A stretch of 64,000 nt of DNA. Source: Leucoraja erinacea (lineage: Eukaryota). The stretch's first letter is position 1; each line of letters opens with the position of its first letter. Location of the stretch: positions 23,746,001-23,810,000 of the forward strand of contig NC_073398.1 in the NCBI RefSeq assembly GCF_028641065.1, read 5' to 3'. Position numbers and translations under genes: made by a program. A model generated the notes under the pieces. The model was not told the DNA's origin. It searched no databases and saw only the letters and a program-made list of their open reading frames with translations. This document shows, piece after piece, positions 49,114 to 62,124 of the stretch.

Positions 49114-50606
49114 TATTCCAACCCCTTCACTTTTTCCACATTTTTTTACGTTACAGCCTTATTCTAAAATGGATTAAATTCTTTTTTTTTAGCATCAATC
49201 TACACTCAAGACATCATAATAACGAAGCGAAAACCAGTGTTTAGAAATGTTTGCAAAGTAATTAAAAATAAACAACTGAAATATCACATTTACACAAGTA
49301 TTCAGACCCTTTACTCAGTACTTTGTTGAGGCACCTTTGGCAGTGATTACAGCCTCAAGTCTTCTTGGGTATGATGCTACAAGCTTGGCACACCTGTATT
49401 TGGGTAATTTCTCCCATTCTTCTCTGCAGATCCTCTCAAGCTCTGTCAGGTTGGATGGGGAGCGTCGATGCACAGCTATTTTCAGGTCCCTCCAGAGATG
49501 TTCGATCGGGTTCAAGTCCGGGCTCTGGCTGGGCAACTCAAGGACATTCACAGATTTGTCACAAAGCCACTCCTGCGTTGTCTTGGCTGTGTGCTTAGGG
49601 TTGTTGTCCTGTTGGAAGGTGAACCTCCGCCCCAGTCTGAGGTCCTGAATGCTCTGGAACAGGTTTTCATCAAGGATCTCTCTGTACTTTGCTCTGTTCA
49701 TCTTTCCCTCGATCTTGACTAGTCTCCCAGTTCCTGCTGCTGAAAAACATCCCCACAGCATGATGCAACCACCACCATGCTTCACCGTAGGTATGGTATT
49801 GTCCAGGTGATGAGCGATGCCTGGTTTCCTTCAGACATGACACTTGGCATTCAGGCCAAAGAGTTCAATCTTGGTTTCATCAGACCAGATAATCTTGTTT
49901 AAGTGCCTTTTGGCAAACTCTAAGTGGGTTGTCATGTGCCTTTTACTGAGGTGTGGCTTCCGTCTGGCCACTCTACCATAATGGCCTGATTGGTGAAGTG
50001 CTGCAGATATAGTTGTCCTTCTGAAGTTTCTTTCATCGCCACAGAGGAACTCTGGAGCTCTATAAGAGTGACCATCAAGCTCTTGGTCCTTCCTTGACCA
50101 AGGCCCTTCTCCCCCGATTGCTCAGTCTGGCCGAGCAGCCAGCTCTATGAAGAGTCTTATTGGTTTCAAAGTTCTTCCATTTAAGAATGATGGAGGGCAC
50201 TGTGCTCTCCGGGATCTGCAATGCTGTAGAAATTGTTTTATACCCTTCCCCAGATCTGTGGACAATTCCTTCATCTTTATGGCTTGGTTTTTGTTCTGAC
50301 ATGCACCGTCAACTACGGGACCTTATATAGACAGGTGTGTGCCTTTCCAAATCATGTCCAATCAATTTAATTTCCCACTGGTGGACTCCAATCAAGTTGT
50401 GGAAAGATCTCAAGGATAATCAATGGAAACAGGATGCACCAAAGCTCAATTTTGAGTGTCATAGCAAAGGGTCTGAATACTACGAATAAATGTGATATTT
50501 CAGTTATTTCTTTTTAATTACTTTGCAAAAAAATCGAAACACCTGGTTTTGCTTGTATATTATGAGGTATTGTGTGTAGATTTATGATTAATAAAATGAA
50601 TTTAAC
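49114..50606 (-). mobile_element. Tc1 (DD34E) transposon with long TIRs and an internally deleted/frameshifted transposase
   Basis: ORF 49315-49785 KHGGGCIMLWGCF...FQQDNNPKH...SPDLNPIEHLW...AKGASTKY. HTH remnant GEGYKTISTALQIPESTV at 50075-50302. Inverted repeats 49160-49312 vs 50465-50605. Confidence 0.95.
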
Positions 50607-51409
50607 CGGGGGAAGAAGGTTTTTGCAAAACACAGAGTATTAAATAAGTAACAGGAGAAGATGTAAATAATTAACAGGAGAAGAAAGAATACAAGAATGA
50701 ATAAATTCCAAAAGAATATTCAAAGTTACAAAATTACAAAATAATCTGTCAAAACACAGAACAAGTAGAAGCATCAAGTAGAACGTGATGTGAACAATTA
50801 TTCACTTTTGGTTCAGTGTTCCTATGTAACAGCTCAAGAGTTTTAGCAGGAAGTCAGCAAAACCCTATACTCTCGGTATGGGCTGGTGACAGAGTTGCAA
50901 AAGGGGACTGGTGTGCCAAAATAAACACTTGAAAATTGGGGGGGGGGGTGCCCGGAATAATGCGTTTGGAAGCTACCTTTTGAGGCTCACTATCACACTT
51001 ACCCAGTGTCTCCCACAGCCTCTTCAGTGAAAGATCTCATGGATTCACCTATATCTGTTCATGTTTTCTTAAAGCAACCTTGCCCAGTGGCCCCGTTCTC
51101 TGTACACCTGATAGCCTCTCACCCAGCACCCAGTCATCTTCCCAACCCAATCTGCACTTCTTCAGAAGTTAGACACAAAATGCTGGAGAGAAGGAATGGG
51201 TGACATTTTCGGGTCGAGACCCTTCATCAAATGGGCGGGGGGTGGGGGGGAGACAAAGAAAATTGATATGTAGTGTTGAATCAATGGAAAAGTAAAATAA
51301 TTAAATTCCAAAATGTTTTGTGTTCTGGATAAACAGAACTCCCTTGGGTTGTTTTGATTTGAAAGCACTGAAGCACGAGGATTATTAAATTAACCAAACA
51401 GAACCTTAC

Positions 51410-51585
51410 TCTGAATTGCAGAACATATCCGGGTGCTACAATAAGTTCCCGTGAAGCCAGGAAATTATGCGTCTTATCTTTCTTTTTATTAGGCCAGTAC
51501 AGATGGAAGGAGGGGTTGCCACAGAAACCGGCTGTACGGACTGCATTGGGGTAGAACATCCAGTTCCCATCGTGGTTAATGCCTT
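51410..51585 (-). CDS. RELN: Reelin exon (57 equivalent)
   Basis: [58 protein letters not shown]; 176 nt. Confidence 0.97.
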
Positions 51586-52014
51586 CTGTAGGAAAAATGT
51601 ACAATCCTGAGAAACACATTTGCAAGATTGATCGATATTTTACAGCCTTAAAGCAAAGTTTAAAGTTCAGACCCAGTTATTCTGCATGAATGAAACCTAG
51701 GTGTCGTGAGATGCACTTTTACCATCTAATTTATCTAGATCCATGATCTAATAATGGATGTTCTATATTTATTGTTCTCCCCTTGGCAAATCAAAACTAT
51801 TTATCTTTTATGCACTCTGTGTGCATCCATTCCTCAATGTAAAATGTCCTTTTATGAAGCAACGTATGATTAAAACTCTCACCACATTCACACCTGCTAT
51901 CGCAGATCCTAATCATCATGGTCACGTGATAATATCTGGCTGCTTACTAACATCAGGCTGGTTTATAAGTTCGGCACATGTTTATCCCACCATGCATTGA
52001 CATTTTCAGAGCTC

Positions 52015-52470
52015 TACTGCAATGGAACAGGCCTTTCAGCCTACTTTATCCATGCTAACTGAGGTGGCATTTTAGGCAAGTCCCATTTGTCTGCATTTGG
52101 TCCATCAGCCTCTAACCTCTTCCTATCCATGTCCCTTTCCAAATGTCTTTTAAAAGTTGTAATTGTATCCGCTTCTATAGCTTCCTCTAGCAGCTCTTTC
52201 CAGATACAGACTACCACCTGCACCTGAGTGAAAAAGAAATTGCACCTCAGGTTCCTCTTATATCTCTTCCCTCGCACCTTAAGCTTATGCCCTCTAGATT
52301 TAGAACACCGCACCCTAGGGAAAAGACCGTGAGCATTCATTTTATCAATGTTCCTCATGATCTTGTACACCGTAATAAGGTTACCACTTAGTCTTCCAAG
52401 CTCCAAAGAAAAAAAGTCCCAGCCTATCCAACCTCTCCCTAAAATTCAAGTCTGCAGGTCCAGGTAACTG
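52015..52470 (-). mobile_element. CR1-type LINE 3' fragment
   Basis: ORF 52041-52406: L.GNLITVYKIMR.IDK...SRGHKLKVRG...TFKRHL. Confidence 0.8.
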
Positions 52471-52933
52471 GCCGTATTCAACACCATGGATGCATTATCA
52501 TCCTATTTAAGGATCTGAGGTATTTTGTAGCGTGACCAATAGCTCCACTGGACACACACCCCGGGACAATGTCTGCTCAGGCCACAATTATGCAAGTGAA
52601 GCTACCTTGGTGCAGTCCTGTTGTATGACCCTTGATCCTCCATTGACCCCAGGAATCCCCAGGGAATGCTGAGCATTTTGGTTTTGTATAGTGGAAAAGA
52701 GACGGAGAATGAGGGGGCAGGTGGGGAGAGAAGAGAGTGGGGGCTTCAGAGTTACCTAGAATAGGAGAATTCAGTGTTTATACCTAAAATAGGAGAATTC
52801 AATGTTTGTTCAGGAGTCTAATGTGCCAATAAAGTTGCAGCAGGTAAGAATGTCATTGTTCGAGTTTCAATCCCATGCGTCTGACAAATAAATACCAACA
52901 GTGCCATTGGCCAGCCTAATATTTTCATCTTAC

Positions 52934-53176
52934 CATCATCAAAGAAATCCATGAGTTGACTTGGGTTGATCTCAGATCCTCCGATCAGGATGTTGTCCAG
53001 TGCCCACTGAGCACGGTCTGTGCTCGCCACCATCAGACTGTTTTGAACAACAAAGGGCTGCCACCATCGCAGGCGGGTGGTGTTGGTGTGGGCCTCCTCC
53101 GGGAGCAACACGTAGTCCTGGCGCACAGAGATATATTTCTGGTAATCCATTTCATGCAGCATGTTCCAGGTCATTC
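52934..53176 (-). CDS. RELN: Reelin exon (56 equivalent)
   Basis: [41 protein letters not shown]...[26 protein letters not shown]; 243 nt. Confidence 0.97.
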
Positions 53177-53559
53177 CTGCAGCACATCACAAGAATGAAT
53201 CAGGCACAGGATATACCTCAATGGAAAAAAAATGTTTAAAAGATTCTTCTAAATGAAGCTCAATAATATGTCAATGATTTCAATCACTGCTGCTTGCTGA
53301 TGAAGGCTGGTACTGATGGGTTCACACATAATAACACTGTATATGAGCAGCCAGTCATAGCACTCGATCTATGCTGATCACAGTCATAGAGATGAGCAGC
53401 ACAAAAACAAACCCTTCGTTCCATCGCACCTATACTGGCCATTGTGCCTATCTATATGAATCCCACGCCTCTATGCTGTGCTCATTCAAGTATATATCCA
53501 GATGCCTGTTAAATATAGTTACTGTTTGTACCTCCACCACAGTGGGGGGTTAGTTATTG

Positions 53560-53697
53560 GAGGGGATTGAGTGAGGCGGGATCTACATGCATTTGGAAAG
53601 GCAACGACTGATTATGGATAACCAGCAGGCTGTGTGTATGGGACATCGTGTCTCACCGAGTTGATTGCGTTTTTTGATGAAGTAACCAAGAAGATTG

Positions 53698-53728
<31 letters not shown>

Positions 53729-54630
53729 TGACATTGTCTACATGGATGAGCATGGATGAGAAGTTCTGGAAGCTCAGATCACATAGGATCCAGGGCAGGC
53801 TAGCCAAATGGAGAAAAAAATGGCTTGAAGATTAGAGACAGAGAGTGGTGGTAGAGGTCTGTTTTTCAGACTGGAGGCCTGTAACGGGTGGATTACCACA
53901 GGGATCAGTGCATGGACCACGGTCGCTCATTATTTATACCAATTTGGATGTGAATATAATTGACACGATTGATAAGATATGACATGATTAGTAAGATAGC
54001 GGATGGCAATAACATTGGTGATATTGTGGATGATGAAGGAGGTTATCTCTGATTACAATGGGATCTTAATCAACTGGGCCAATGGACTGAGGAATGACAA
54101 ATGGAGTTAAATTCAGATAAATGAAAGGTGTTTATAGGAGGGCCCTGGGGAATGTTGTCAAATATAGAGGTCTAGGGGTGCAGTACATAGTTTCATGGAC
54201 GTGGCAACACTGGTATACGGGATGGGGAAGAAGGTTTTTAGCACACTTGTCTTCATCGGTCAGTCTATTGAGTATTGAGGTTTATAAAAGTATGACGGGA
54301 TTAAATAGTGTGAATTGCCACAGTCTTTTCCCGAGGGTTGGGATGTCTAAAACTGTAGAGTACATGTTTATGGTGATTTGAAAGGAACCCGAGGGGCTAC
54401 TTTTTCCACACACAAGATGTTGCATATATGGAATAAACAGCCAGAGGATATGGTAGAGATGAATACAATTACAACATTTAAAAACCACTTGGAGTGGTTC
54501 ATGGAGAGTAACGGTTTAGAGGGATATGGGGCACATATAGGCCATGGGACTAACTCAGTTAGGCAATTTGGTCAGGATGGAGGAATTATGCTGAAGGGCA
54601 TGTTTCCATGTCATATGGTTCTATGACTGT
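53560..54630 (+). mobile_element. Heavily decayed CR1-type LINE fragments
   Basis: Remnants of QQAV, FFDEVT, GLPQGSV and 3' tail; internal poly-G at 53701-53728. Confidence 0.7.
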
Positions 54631-55000
54631 ATGGCCTCCTCCTGTAGATGCCAATAGGTCTGCATGTGAAAATCTTCCCCTTCAGATTCCTTCCTGCTCC
54701 TCACACAAGCCTCTTTCCATTTTACTTCATCCTAATGCACCAACATGTTTTTCAATCCTTCTGTTCATCACATACCTACCTACAAAGGTTTATGAGTTAT
54801 CTCCCCCAAAATGCCCACTGACATGCCTTATGTCTTATGTCCAAATATGCCAATGAAATGCTACAAATTCAGTCAATTACTAATGCTGGTTGGGTTTCTA
54901 CTTCCTCTTTCAAACGTCACAGTGATTCGTCTGATTAATTTGGACAGGAAGAAGTGTTTCAACTAATTACACAATTAGTAAGACAGTGAATAAATCTCAC

Positions 55001-55107
55001 CTCCATCAGTTGAATAGTCCAACAAAACTCCCTCCTTCCGACAGATGGGTTGGTGACAAGTCGTCATGTTGCTCTCACTACCAATTCTGGCCCAATACTG
55101 CACAAAC
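55001..55107 (-). CDS. RELN: Reelin exon (55 equivalent)
   Basis: [35 protein letters not shown]; 107 nt; TTCCAG/GTGAGA. Confidence 0.96.
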
Positions 55108-55582
55108 CTGGAACAAAAAGATCAGCATTCATTTGTAAACTTGTACTTATAGACACAGTAATGAACTATCTATTGGCACTGATCGGAAACAGACTACGAG
55201 CAGAGGGGACTTTCAGGCTGTTTGCTAAAAAATAATAAAAACTAGAATCAACACATACATTTAACAAGACAAAAAATTTAAAAAAGACACACGGACTGCA
55301 GTCGAACCGCTGCCGTTAGGCGCCACCACACCAAAAATGGACAGACTACGTTTTGGGTCGGGATCCTTCATCAGACTTCATTCATAGATGCTGCCTGACC
55401 CACTGAGATCTTCCAGCAGATTGTTTTTAGGCACAAAGTGTTATCTTAGTCATGGATGTTTACTGTGTATTCTCAGGTGCTTTAGCTCAAGAAGCATATT
55501 ATCGGAATATTCCACAGCTGTCTCAAAACCCTTGCCTAATTGTGATTTTTCATGCCATGAATGCTGTCTGACTCGTTAGAAG

Positions 55583-57022
55583 TTAGAAGATAGAAGATAG
55601 AATATTTGCCACACGACCAGGGTTGGTGGTACTTGGGTTCGGTACATGATGGTACACTGCTTTAGTCACATTAACACTAAAAACAACACAGATCACAGTA
55701 ATAAAGTGCACCCATACCACATCACAAACCTCACCAACAATACATAGTGCAAAAGAACAGACAAAGACCATAGACAAGACACTGTATACATCAAAAGTCC
55801 TTAATATTGACTGTTATTGGAGGGAATTGAGTGTTCTTATTGCTGAGGGGAAGAAACTGTTTTTAAAGCGGGTGGATTTTGTAGCAAGTGACCTGAGGCG
55901 CCTCCCTGAAGGGAGAGGCTGGAAAAGGTAGTTTGCTGGATGGGAGGGGTCCGAGATGATCTTTATTGCCCGTTTTGAGGTACGTTGGAGGTAAATGGAA
56001 TGGATTGAGGGGAGGAGGTAGTTGATGATCCTGGAGGCCTTGGAGACAATGCGCTGTAATCTGTGTAGTGAGTGACTGTCAGTGTTTCCGTACCAGACTG
56101 TGATTGAGGAGGTGATGATGCTTTCAATGATGGATTGATAAAAACGGACCAGGAGGTGTTTGTGGACTCTGAACTTTTTGAGCTGTCTGAGGAAGTATAG
56201 GCGTTGTTGTCCTTTCTTGATGATGTGGTCTGCGTTGATGTGCCATTTTAGATTATTGCAGATATAGGTGCCCAGAAACTTAAATGAGTTTGTGGAGGTT
56301 ATGGGATGGGAGTTGACATGGACCGGGGGTTTGGGGTTTTGTTTGCGTCTGAAATCTATGATGATTTTTAAGGTTTTTGAAGTATTAAGCTGGAGGTTGT
56401 TGTCTGCGCACCATTTGACTGCGCTGTCGACTGTTTGATGGTATTGTGATTCGTTGTTGTCTGAGATGAGGCCAATTATTGTTGTGTCGTCTGCATATTT
56501 AAAAATTTTGACTGAGCTGCATTGGGATGTGAGGTTGTTGGTGTAAAGTGAAAAGAGCTGAGGTGACAGAACGCACCCTTGGGGGGCTCCTGTGTTGAGA
56601 GTCAGAGGGCTGGAGAGTTTTTCACCCACCTTGACTCTTTGCTGTCTGTTTGTCAGAAAGTGCAGAATCCAATGGCACATGGCTGGGTGAATGCTCATGT
56701 CCAACAGTTTATTGTAGAGTTTAATTGGGTGTATAGTGTTAAAGGCCGAGCTAAAGTCTATAAACAGGATGCGTGCATAAGTGTTCGGTGATTCCAGATG
56801 ATGTAGGGAGTAGTGAAGAGCTAAGTTGATAGCATCCTCCACAGACCGGTTGGCGCTGTATGCAAATTGGAAAGGGTCCATGATGGGGGCAGTGTGTGTT
56901 TTCAGATGGGTGAGGACTATGTGCTCAAAGGCCTTCATGGCAACTGATGTTAGTGCAACAGGTCTAAAATCATTCAGACAGCTCACCTTGGAGGACTTGG
57001 GCACAGGGATGATAATAACCAC
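55583..57022 (-). mobile_element. Young 5'-truncated Rex1/Babar LINE with uninterrupted ~400-aa RT frame
   Basis: IIPVPK...NDFRPVALTS, QFAY, FIDFSSAFNTI, GAPQGCVLSP, KYADDTT, SFFPSAIR.LN; 3' (TTCTATC) repeats at 55584-55603. Confidence 0.93.
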
Positions 57023-57454
57023 ATAACCATATAACAATTACAGCTCGGAAACAGGCCATCTCGGCCCTACAAGTCCGTGCCGAACAACTTTTTTCCCTTA
57101 GTCCCACCTGCCTGCACTAATACCATAACCCTCCATTCTCTTCTCATCCATATGCCTATCCAATTTATTTTTAAAATAAATGCATAATGAATGATTTAAA
57201 ACACTGCGGGACTCTACATTGGCTGAGGGAAGTGTTAAAGATGGAGGTGAACACAGGAGCCAGCTGAGCTGCACAGTGGTTGAGAGCAGCGGGGCTAAGG
57301 AATGTGACTTTGCCGCAGATTGAATTCCATTCTGTTTGCAGCTCTCATCCCTGACCTTCTGAGTAAATGCAATCAAGCATATTTACACATTTTCTCAGGC
57401 TCATGCATCAAAAATGAACAAGATGCAAAATGCCAGAGGCCCAAGCTCTAACAT

Positions 57455-57935
57455 TAAAGTGGGTGGTATCGTACATAGCGAAGATGGTTATCAAAAATTA
57501 CAGCATGATTACAGTTGGGCAAGTGGACTGAGGAATGGTTAATAGAGTTTAATGCAGATAAGTGTGAAGTGTTGCATTTTGGGAAATTAAACAAGGGCAG
57601 GATAGTGAATGCCAGGGCTCTGGCAAGTGTTGCAGAGTGCCTAGGAATGCATTAGATCGGGTGGTCAAAAAGGCTTTTGGTATATTGTCCTTCATCAGTC
57701 AGGGTATTGAGTATAGAAGTAGGGATCTTATGTTACAGTTGTACAAGATGTTGGTGAGGCCATATTTGGAGTATTGTGTTCAGTTTAGTTATAAAAAGGA
57801 TCTTGTCAAGTTGGAAAAAATGCAGAGAAGATTTATGAGTATGTTGCCAGGATTTGTGGGCCTGAGCTTTAGGGAGAGGATGGGCAGAGTAGGCCTTTAT
57901 TCCATGGAGTGCAGGAGGCTGAGGTGGTCTTATAG
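57455..57935 (+). mobile_element. CR1-type LINE fragment
   Basis: FNADKCEVLHFG; LYKMLVRPYLEYCVQF. Confidence 0.8.
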
Positions 57936-59199
57936 ATTCCCTTTCCTGATTTTCCACCAAATTCTCTTCCCCAGAAACAACACTGTTTCCTGCTGATCAA
58001 GTTGCTCGGAGTCGGCAGGAATGAAGGCTGGAATTTCAAGAGTTCTGATCAGGTAGCAGCTTCTTCAACCTCTGCTTCGTTTTCACAACATGGTCCTTAT
58101 GCAAGCTGTGTGACAGCTGCCCCCTACGGAGAGGTTTGATGATTCTGGGTTGGGATGGAAGAGTATGGAACAGGGGATGGAAGAGTAGAAGTAGGCAGTT
58201 CAAATGTTTTATTTTATCTCCAGCAGAGAATTATGGACCTCATCCTCTGTTCTCAGATATTTTTCATTATTTCTTTCTCTTAAATGGTTTAGGATTTATT
58301 TTGTTCTCATCTGGTAAAGGATCCATGGCATTTGGAATGTTTTCCGTTTCAGACATAGCCAGGCTAAGGGCCGAGTGCTGACAAATGGAATGAGCTAGTT
58401 AGGTTGTCGATGGTCACCATGGGCAAGGTGGGCCAAAAGGCCTGTTTCTGTGCAGTGGACCTATGACCTTAAACAGTCGTTTTTTTTTCTTACTTTCACT
58501 TGAATGTAAATAAAAGTATTACAAGCTACACTTTAGCAGCCACACAAAGGGTATGTATTTGCAGTTCCTCCTGAGAAATACTGAAAGTTTCTGTACAAAT
58601 GCTTGTCTTTTTCAAAACAAACAATTAACATATTGCACAATTAAAATGGATGGTGTTGTTTATTTCCTCATTGTAGATTTATAATCTTGCTCAATTTTCA
58701 AGCCCTGATAATAATCTCCAGACATTGGGTAGGCAAATCAGCCATTGTCAACAATAGTTCAAATAGGCATGATGTTCCCTTGAATTTGCCAAACAAGATG
58801 CCTCATCACTAACATCAGACTAGAACTGTCTCCGCAGCAAGCTGACATTTCTCCTTTTACCATGCCAATATTTTGTGAACTCCTGAAGCCAGATTATCAG
58901 CAAAGTACCAAAATCAGCAACAATTTGACAAGAGTAGGTGATGATCAGATTGAGTTCTTAGGGCTCATGGGATCAAGGCATATGGGGGATAAGCAGGTAA
59001 TGATTTTGGATGATTTGCATGATTTTGGATGCTCAGCCATGATATATCAGCCATATCAAAGGTCAAAATGGCCCACTTCTGCACCTATGTTCTATGTGTC
59101 TATGATCAGTAATTCACAACGTTTTAAACATTTTAATACATTTTTGATTGATCTTTTATGAAACAGAGTTTTACATAAAAACAATGGTGTCAAACTCAC

Positions 59200-59375
59200 T
59201 TTGTACCCCTGAGATCAAGGTCCTTGGTTATTGCCTGTCTCATGCCTACTCCACTGAAATAGAGGGGCAAATCTTCCACCAGAACACCGCAGTCTGTGCA
59301 AGCCTTTCCACCATCCAGAGAAATCCATGTATCTGATTTAATGTCATCAAGCTCAAAGCGTTCTTTCAATGAAGT
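59200..59375 (-). CDS. RELN: Reelin exon (54 equivalent)
   Basis: [58 protein letters not shown](K); 176 nt. Confidence 0.97.
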
Positions 59376-61391
59376 CTGCAACACATAACATTGCCATTTA
59401 CTAGATCAGAAAAGCCAAGGCAGCATTCCTATTTTCATCTGGAGCCAACGTCAAAAAGTTTAAGCTGTTTTGAAATCTCCTCCTCATCCCCTTTCTCTAG
59501 CCACCAGTTTCCAAAATACTATCATGTGATGAGAGGTGACATGCTGTGAAAAAAGGACAAAATCCCTAGTTGCACGACTCACATTAGAGAATATTGGAAC
59601 ACCAAGTTTTCCTTTATACCATCCCTCATTCCCCAATTGCTGCCATCAAAAATCTAGTCTAATGTTACATCGCATGTTACAGACGGACTAATTTTGACAT
59701 AAAATTAAACTTGAAAGAAGCTCATTAAATGTGCTTTATGGTCCGTAGAACTGAGTGGGCCGCAGTAACTAATATTAAATATAAATATTAATTAGATAAA
59801 ATTCCTTCCTGTTTCACAATAGCAGTCATCTTAAGAGGAATTTTGTTGTGGGTCACCCTGAAATAGCCACGAACATTTCAGTAGAAATGCACGTCTTTTT
59901 CTTCACAAACATCCACTGTAAAGAGGACACTGTGTTTTTCTTCTCCTTCTCCATGCTTACTCATGGTGTGTATTGAATACAACTCACTCAGTACCTTGGC
60001 ATTTGCTCTGTGTAAGCTTGTCTCTGCCCTTTATGACTGCTGGCATAATCCCAATCCCAACCAATGCCCAACACTTTCCAAGAGAGGTTACTGTAGTAGT
60101 GATTGGATATGAAAGGTTAGCCCACGGGCTACAGATACCTTTTTACCTCAAAGGTTGATTTGCCCAAGGTCAGCTAACTCAGCTGAAATAGGAAATTAAA
60201 TTTAAAATCATCTGGTTCGTACATTTTGATACTACATCATAAGATGTAGGAACAAAAGTGAGAAGTTTATAAAATTCTGAGAGTGATAGATAGAGTAGAT
60301 AGTCAGAATCTTTTTCCCCAGGGTGGAGCTGTCAAAGCCTGGAGGCCAGGGCATTAAGGTGAGAGGTAAAGGAAACGTATGAGGCAAGTGTTTTTTATGC
60401 AGAGAGTGGTGGGTGCCTGGACTACACTATTAGGGGTAGTATTAGAGGCTGATACGATAATGGTATTTAAGTCTGTAAGATAGGCACGTGGATATGAAGG
60501 GAAAAGGGGATATGGATCACATGCAGGCAAAGGAGATTAGTTGAACACGTGTCATGTTCAGCAGGCATTGTGGGCTGTAGGGCCTGTTCCTGTGCTGTAC
60601 TGTTCTATTGAACAGCTTTACTGTTCTAACAGGCTATTCAGTCTCAGATGTTCTTGTCCAATTTTCTGTCCTTTCCCCAGAACTGTTGTTTTCCCAAATA
60701 GCCAATGATTAAGGCTTAAATGTTCCCAGAAGTTATTTCTCATCATTTGAATCGTAATTATTTGGAGACACTGCCCTTTGGCCCTGGACTCTTCCATGAG
60801 GGGAAACATCCCACCAGCACTTATAATCCACTAAAACACTTACATATTTCAATAAGATTGTTGCTTATTCTTCTAGACTCTTATGTGTGGAGCCCAAACC
60901 TTCCAACCTGCACTGTAGGATGGGCCTTCCTTACCCATGATCATTCTTGTAAACCTTGTCTGCACCACTAAATAGGGGGTCAATCAGTGCCTTTATCTAT
61001 GAGGTATTTTAGGCAATATTTTTAGAAGGCAATGGACATATTTTTCATTACATTGTGCTTAAGTATTACACCTCAGAAAGCCACAGTTATTTTAGCCACC
61101 TGTGTAATGTGAAAACAGACCTGACCATCATCCAAAAGAAAATAATTGTTCAATTTGAGTTTTTAGCGAGAAGAAAGAGAGTTTTATATATATAACGTAT
61201 TGTGCATCAAAAGAATGACCCAAACATCCAGTATTAATGCAACACAGAAGGTGAAAGTAAGGTTCTGGACCACGCTGTTGCTCTTGACCCAGTATATCAC
61301 AAGTCTGGACTCAAGAGCCATGTGAAATTTGCATAGTTTCAATATTCCAAGAACACAAGATGATAAGAAACCTCATCTAATCTAACTTTAC

Positions 61392-61569
61392 CTTTAGAGG
61401 GTGACTCAAATAGCAATTTGACCCAGTGAAGCCAGGATCACAGTAGCACTGTTTGTGCAGGCAGTCTCCATGGCCTCCACAATTGTTTGGGCAGGAAGGT
61501 CCCACGTAGAAATTGTCTATGGCCCACTGAAGATCAGAATACTTCTGATAGAAGCGGAATCTCACTGGG
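61392..61569 (-). CDS. RELN: Reelin exon (53 equivalent, EGF motif of repeat 7); upstream exons lie right of the window
   Basis: [59 protein letters not shown]; 178 nt. Confidence 0.97.
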
Positions 61570-61847
61570 CTGGAATAAAACATGTTAGTTTTACTTTCAC
61601 CTGCAGAATGACAAAGTTACATCTATCAATAAACCAAATGCAGATATAACTAAACAGGTCCTTGAATAAAGGGCCTCATTTCTCCAGTCAAATTGCTTAC
61701 TTTCTCTTTATCACACAGAGCACTTATTTAGCTGAAGGTGATGGTGAAATTTAAAGGTAAAGGTAAATTTAAAGTCGTCTGTCGGTTCCAGCATTTTGTG
61801 TTTTTATTTTCAGTTTCCAGCATCTGCATTTTTTTTCTGATTTCTGG

Positions 61848-62052
61848 CCCACTTAGGAAACCTGAACGGAAACCTCTGGAGACTTTGTGCCCCACCCAAG
61901 GTTCCCGGAGGTGTTTGTCAATCTCCCTACCTGCTTCCACTATCTGCAACCTCCGGCAACCACCTGCAACCTCCGGGAACCGCACGGAAACCTTGGGTGG
62001 GGCGCAACGTCTCCAGAGGTTACCGTTCAGGTTTCCTAAGTGGGACAGGGGC
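61848..62052. mobile_element. MITE with ~40-bp TIRs (Harbinger-like termini, tentative)
   Basis: CCCACTTAGGAAACCTGAACGGAAACCTCTGGAGAC...GTCTCCAGAGGTTACCGTTCAGGTTTCCTAAGTGGG inverted ends; second copy at 2351-2533. Confidence 0.8.
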
Positions 62053-62124
62053 ATAAAAAGGGAGTCTGCTTCACTGCTACAAAAGAATGGTCACTTGCTT
62101 GAGGAATTCCAATTAATGCTAAAG

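Noticed and set aside
48501-49244. Long ORFs of 247 and 193 aa
   Set aside because: Artefacts of the N gap.
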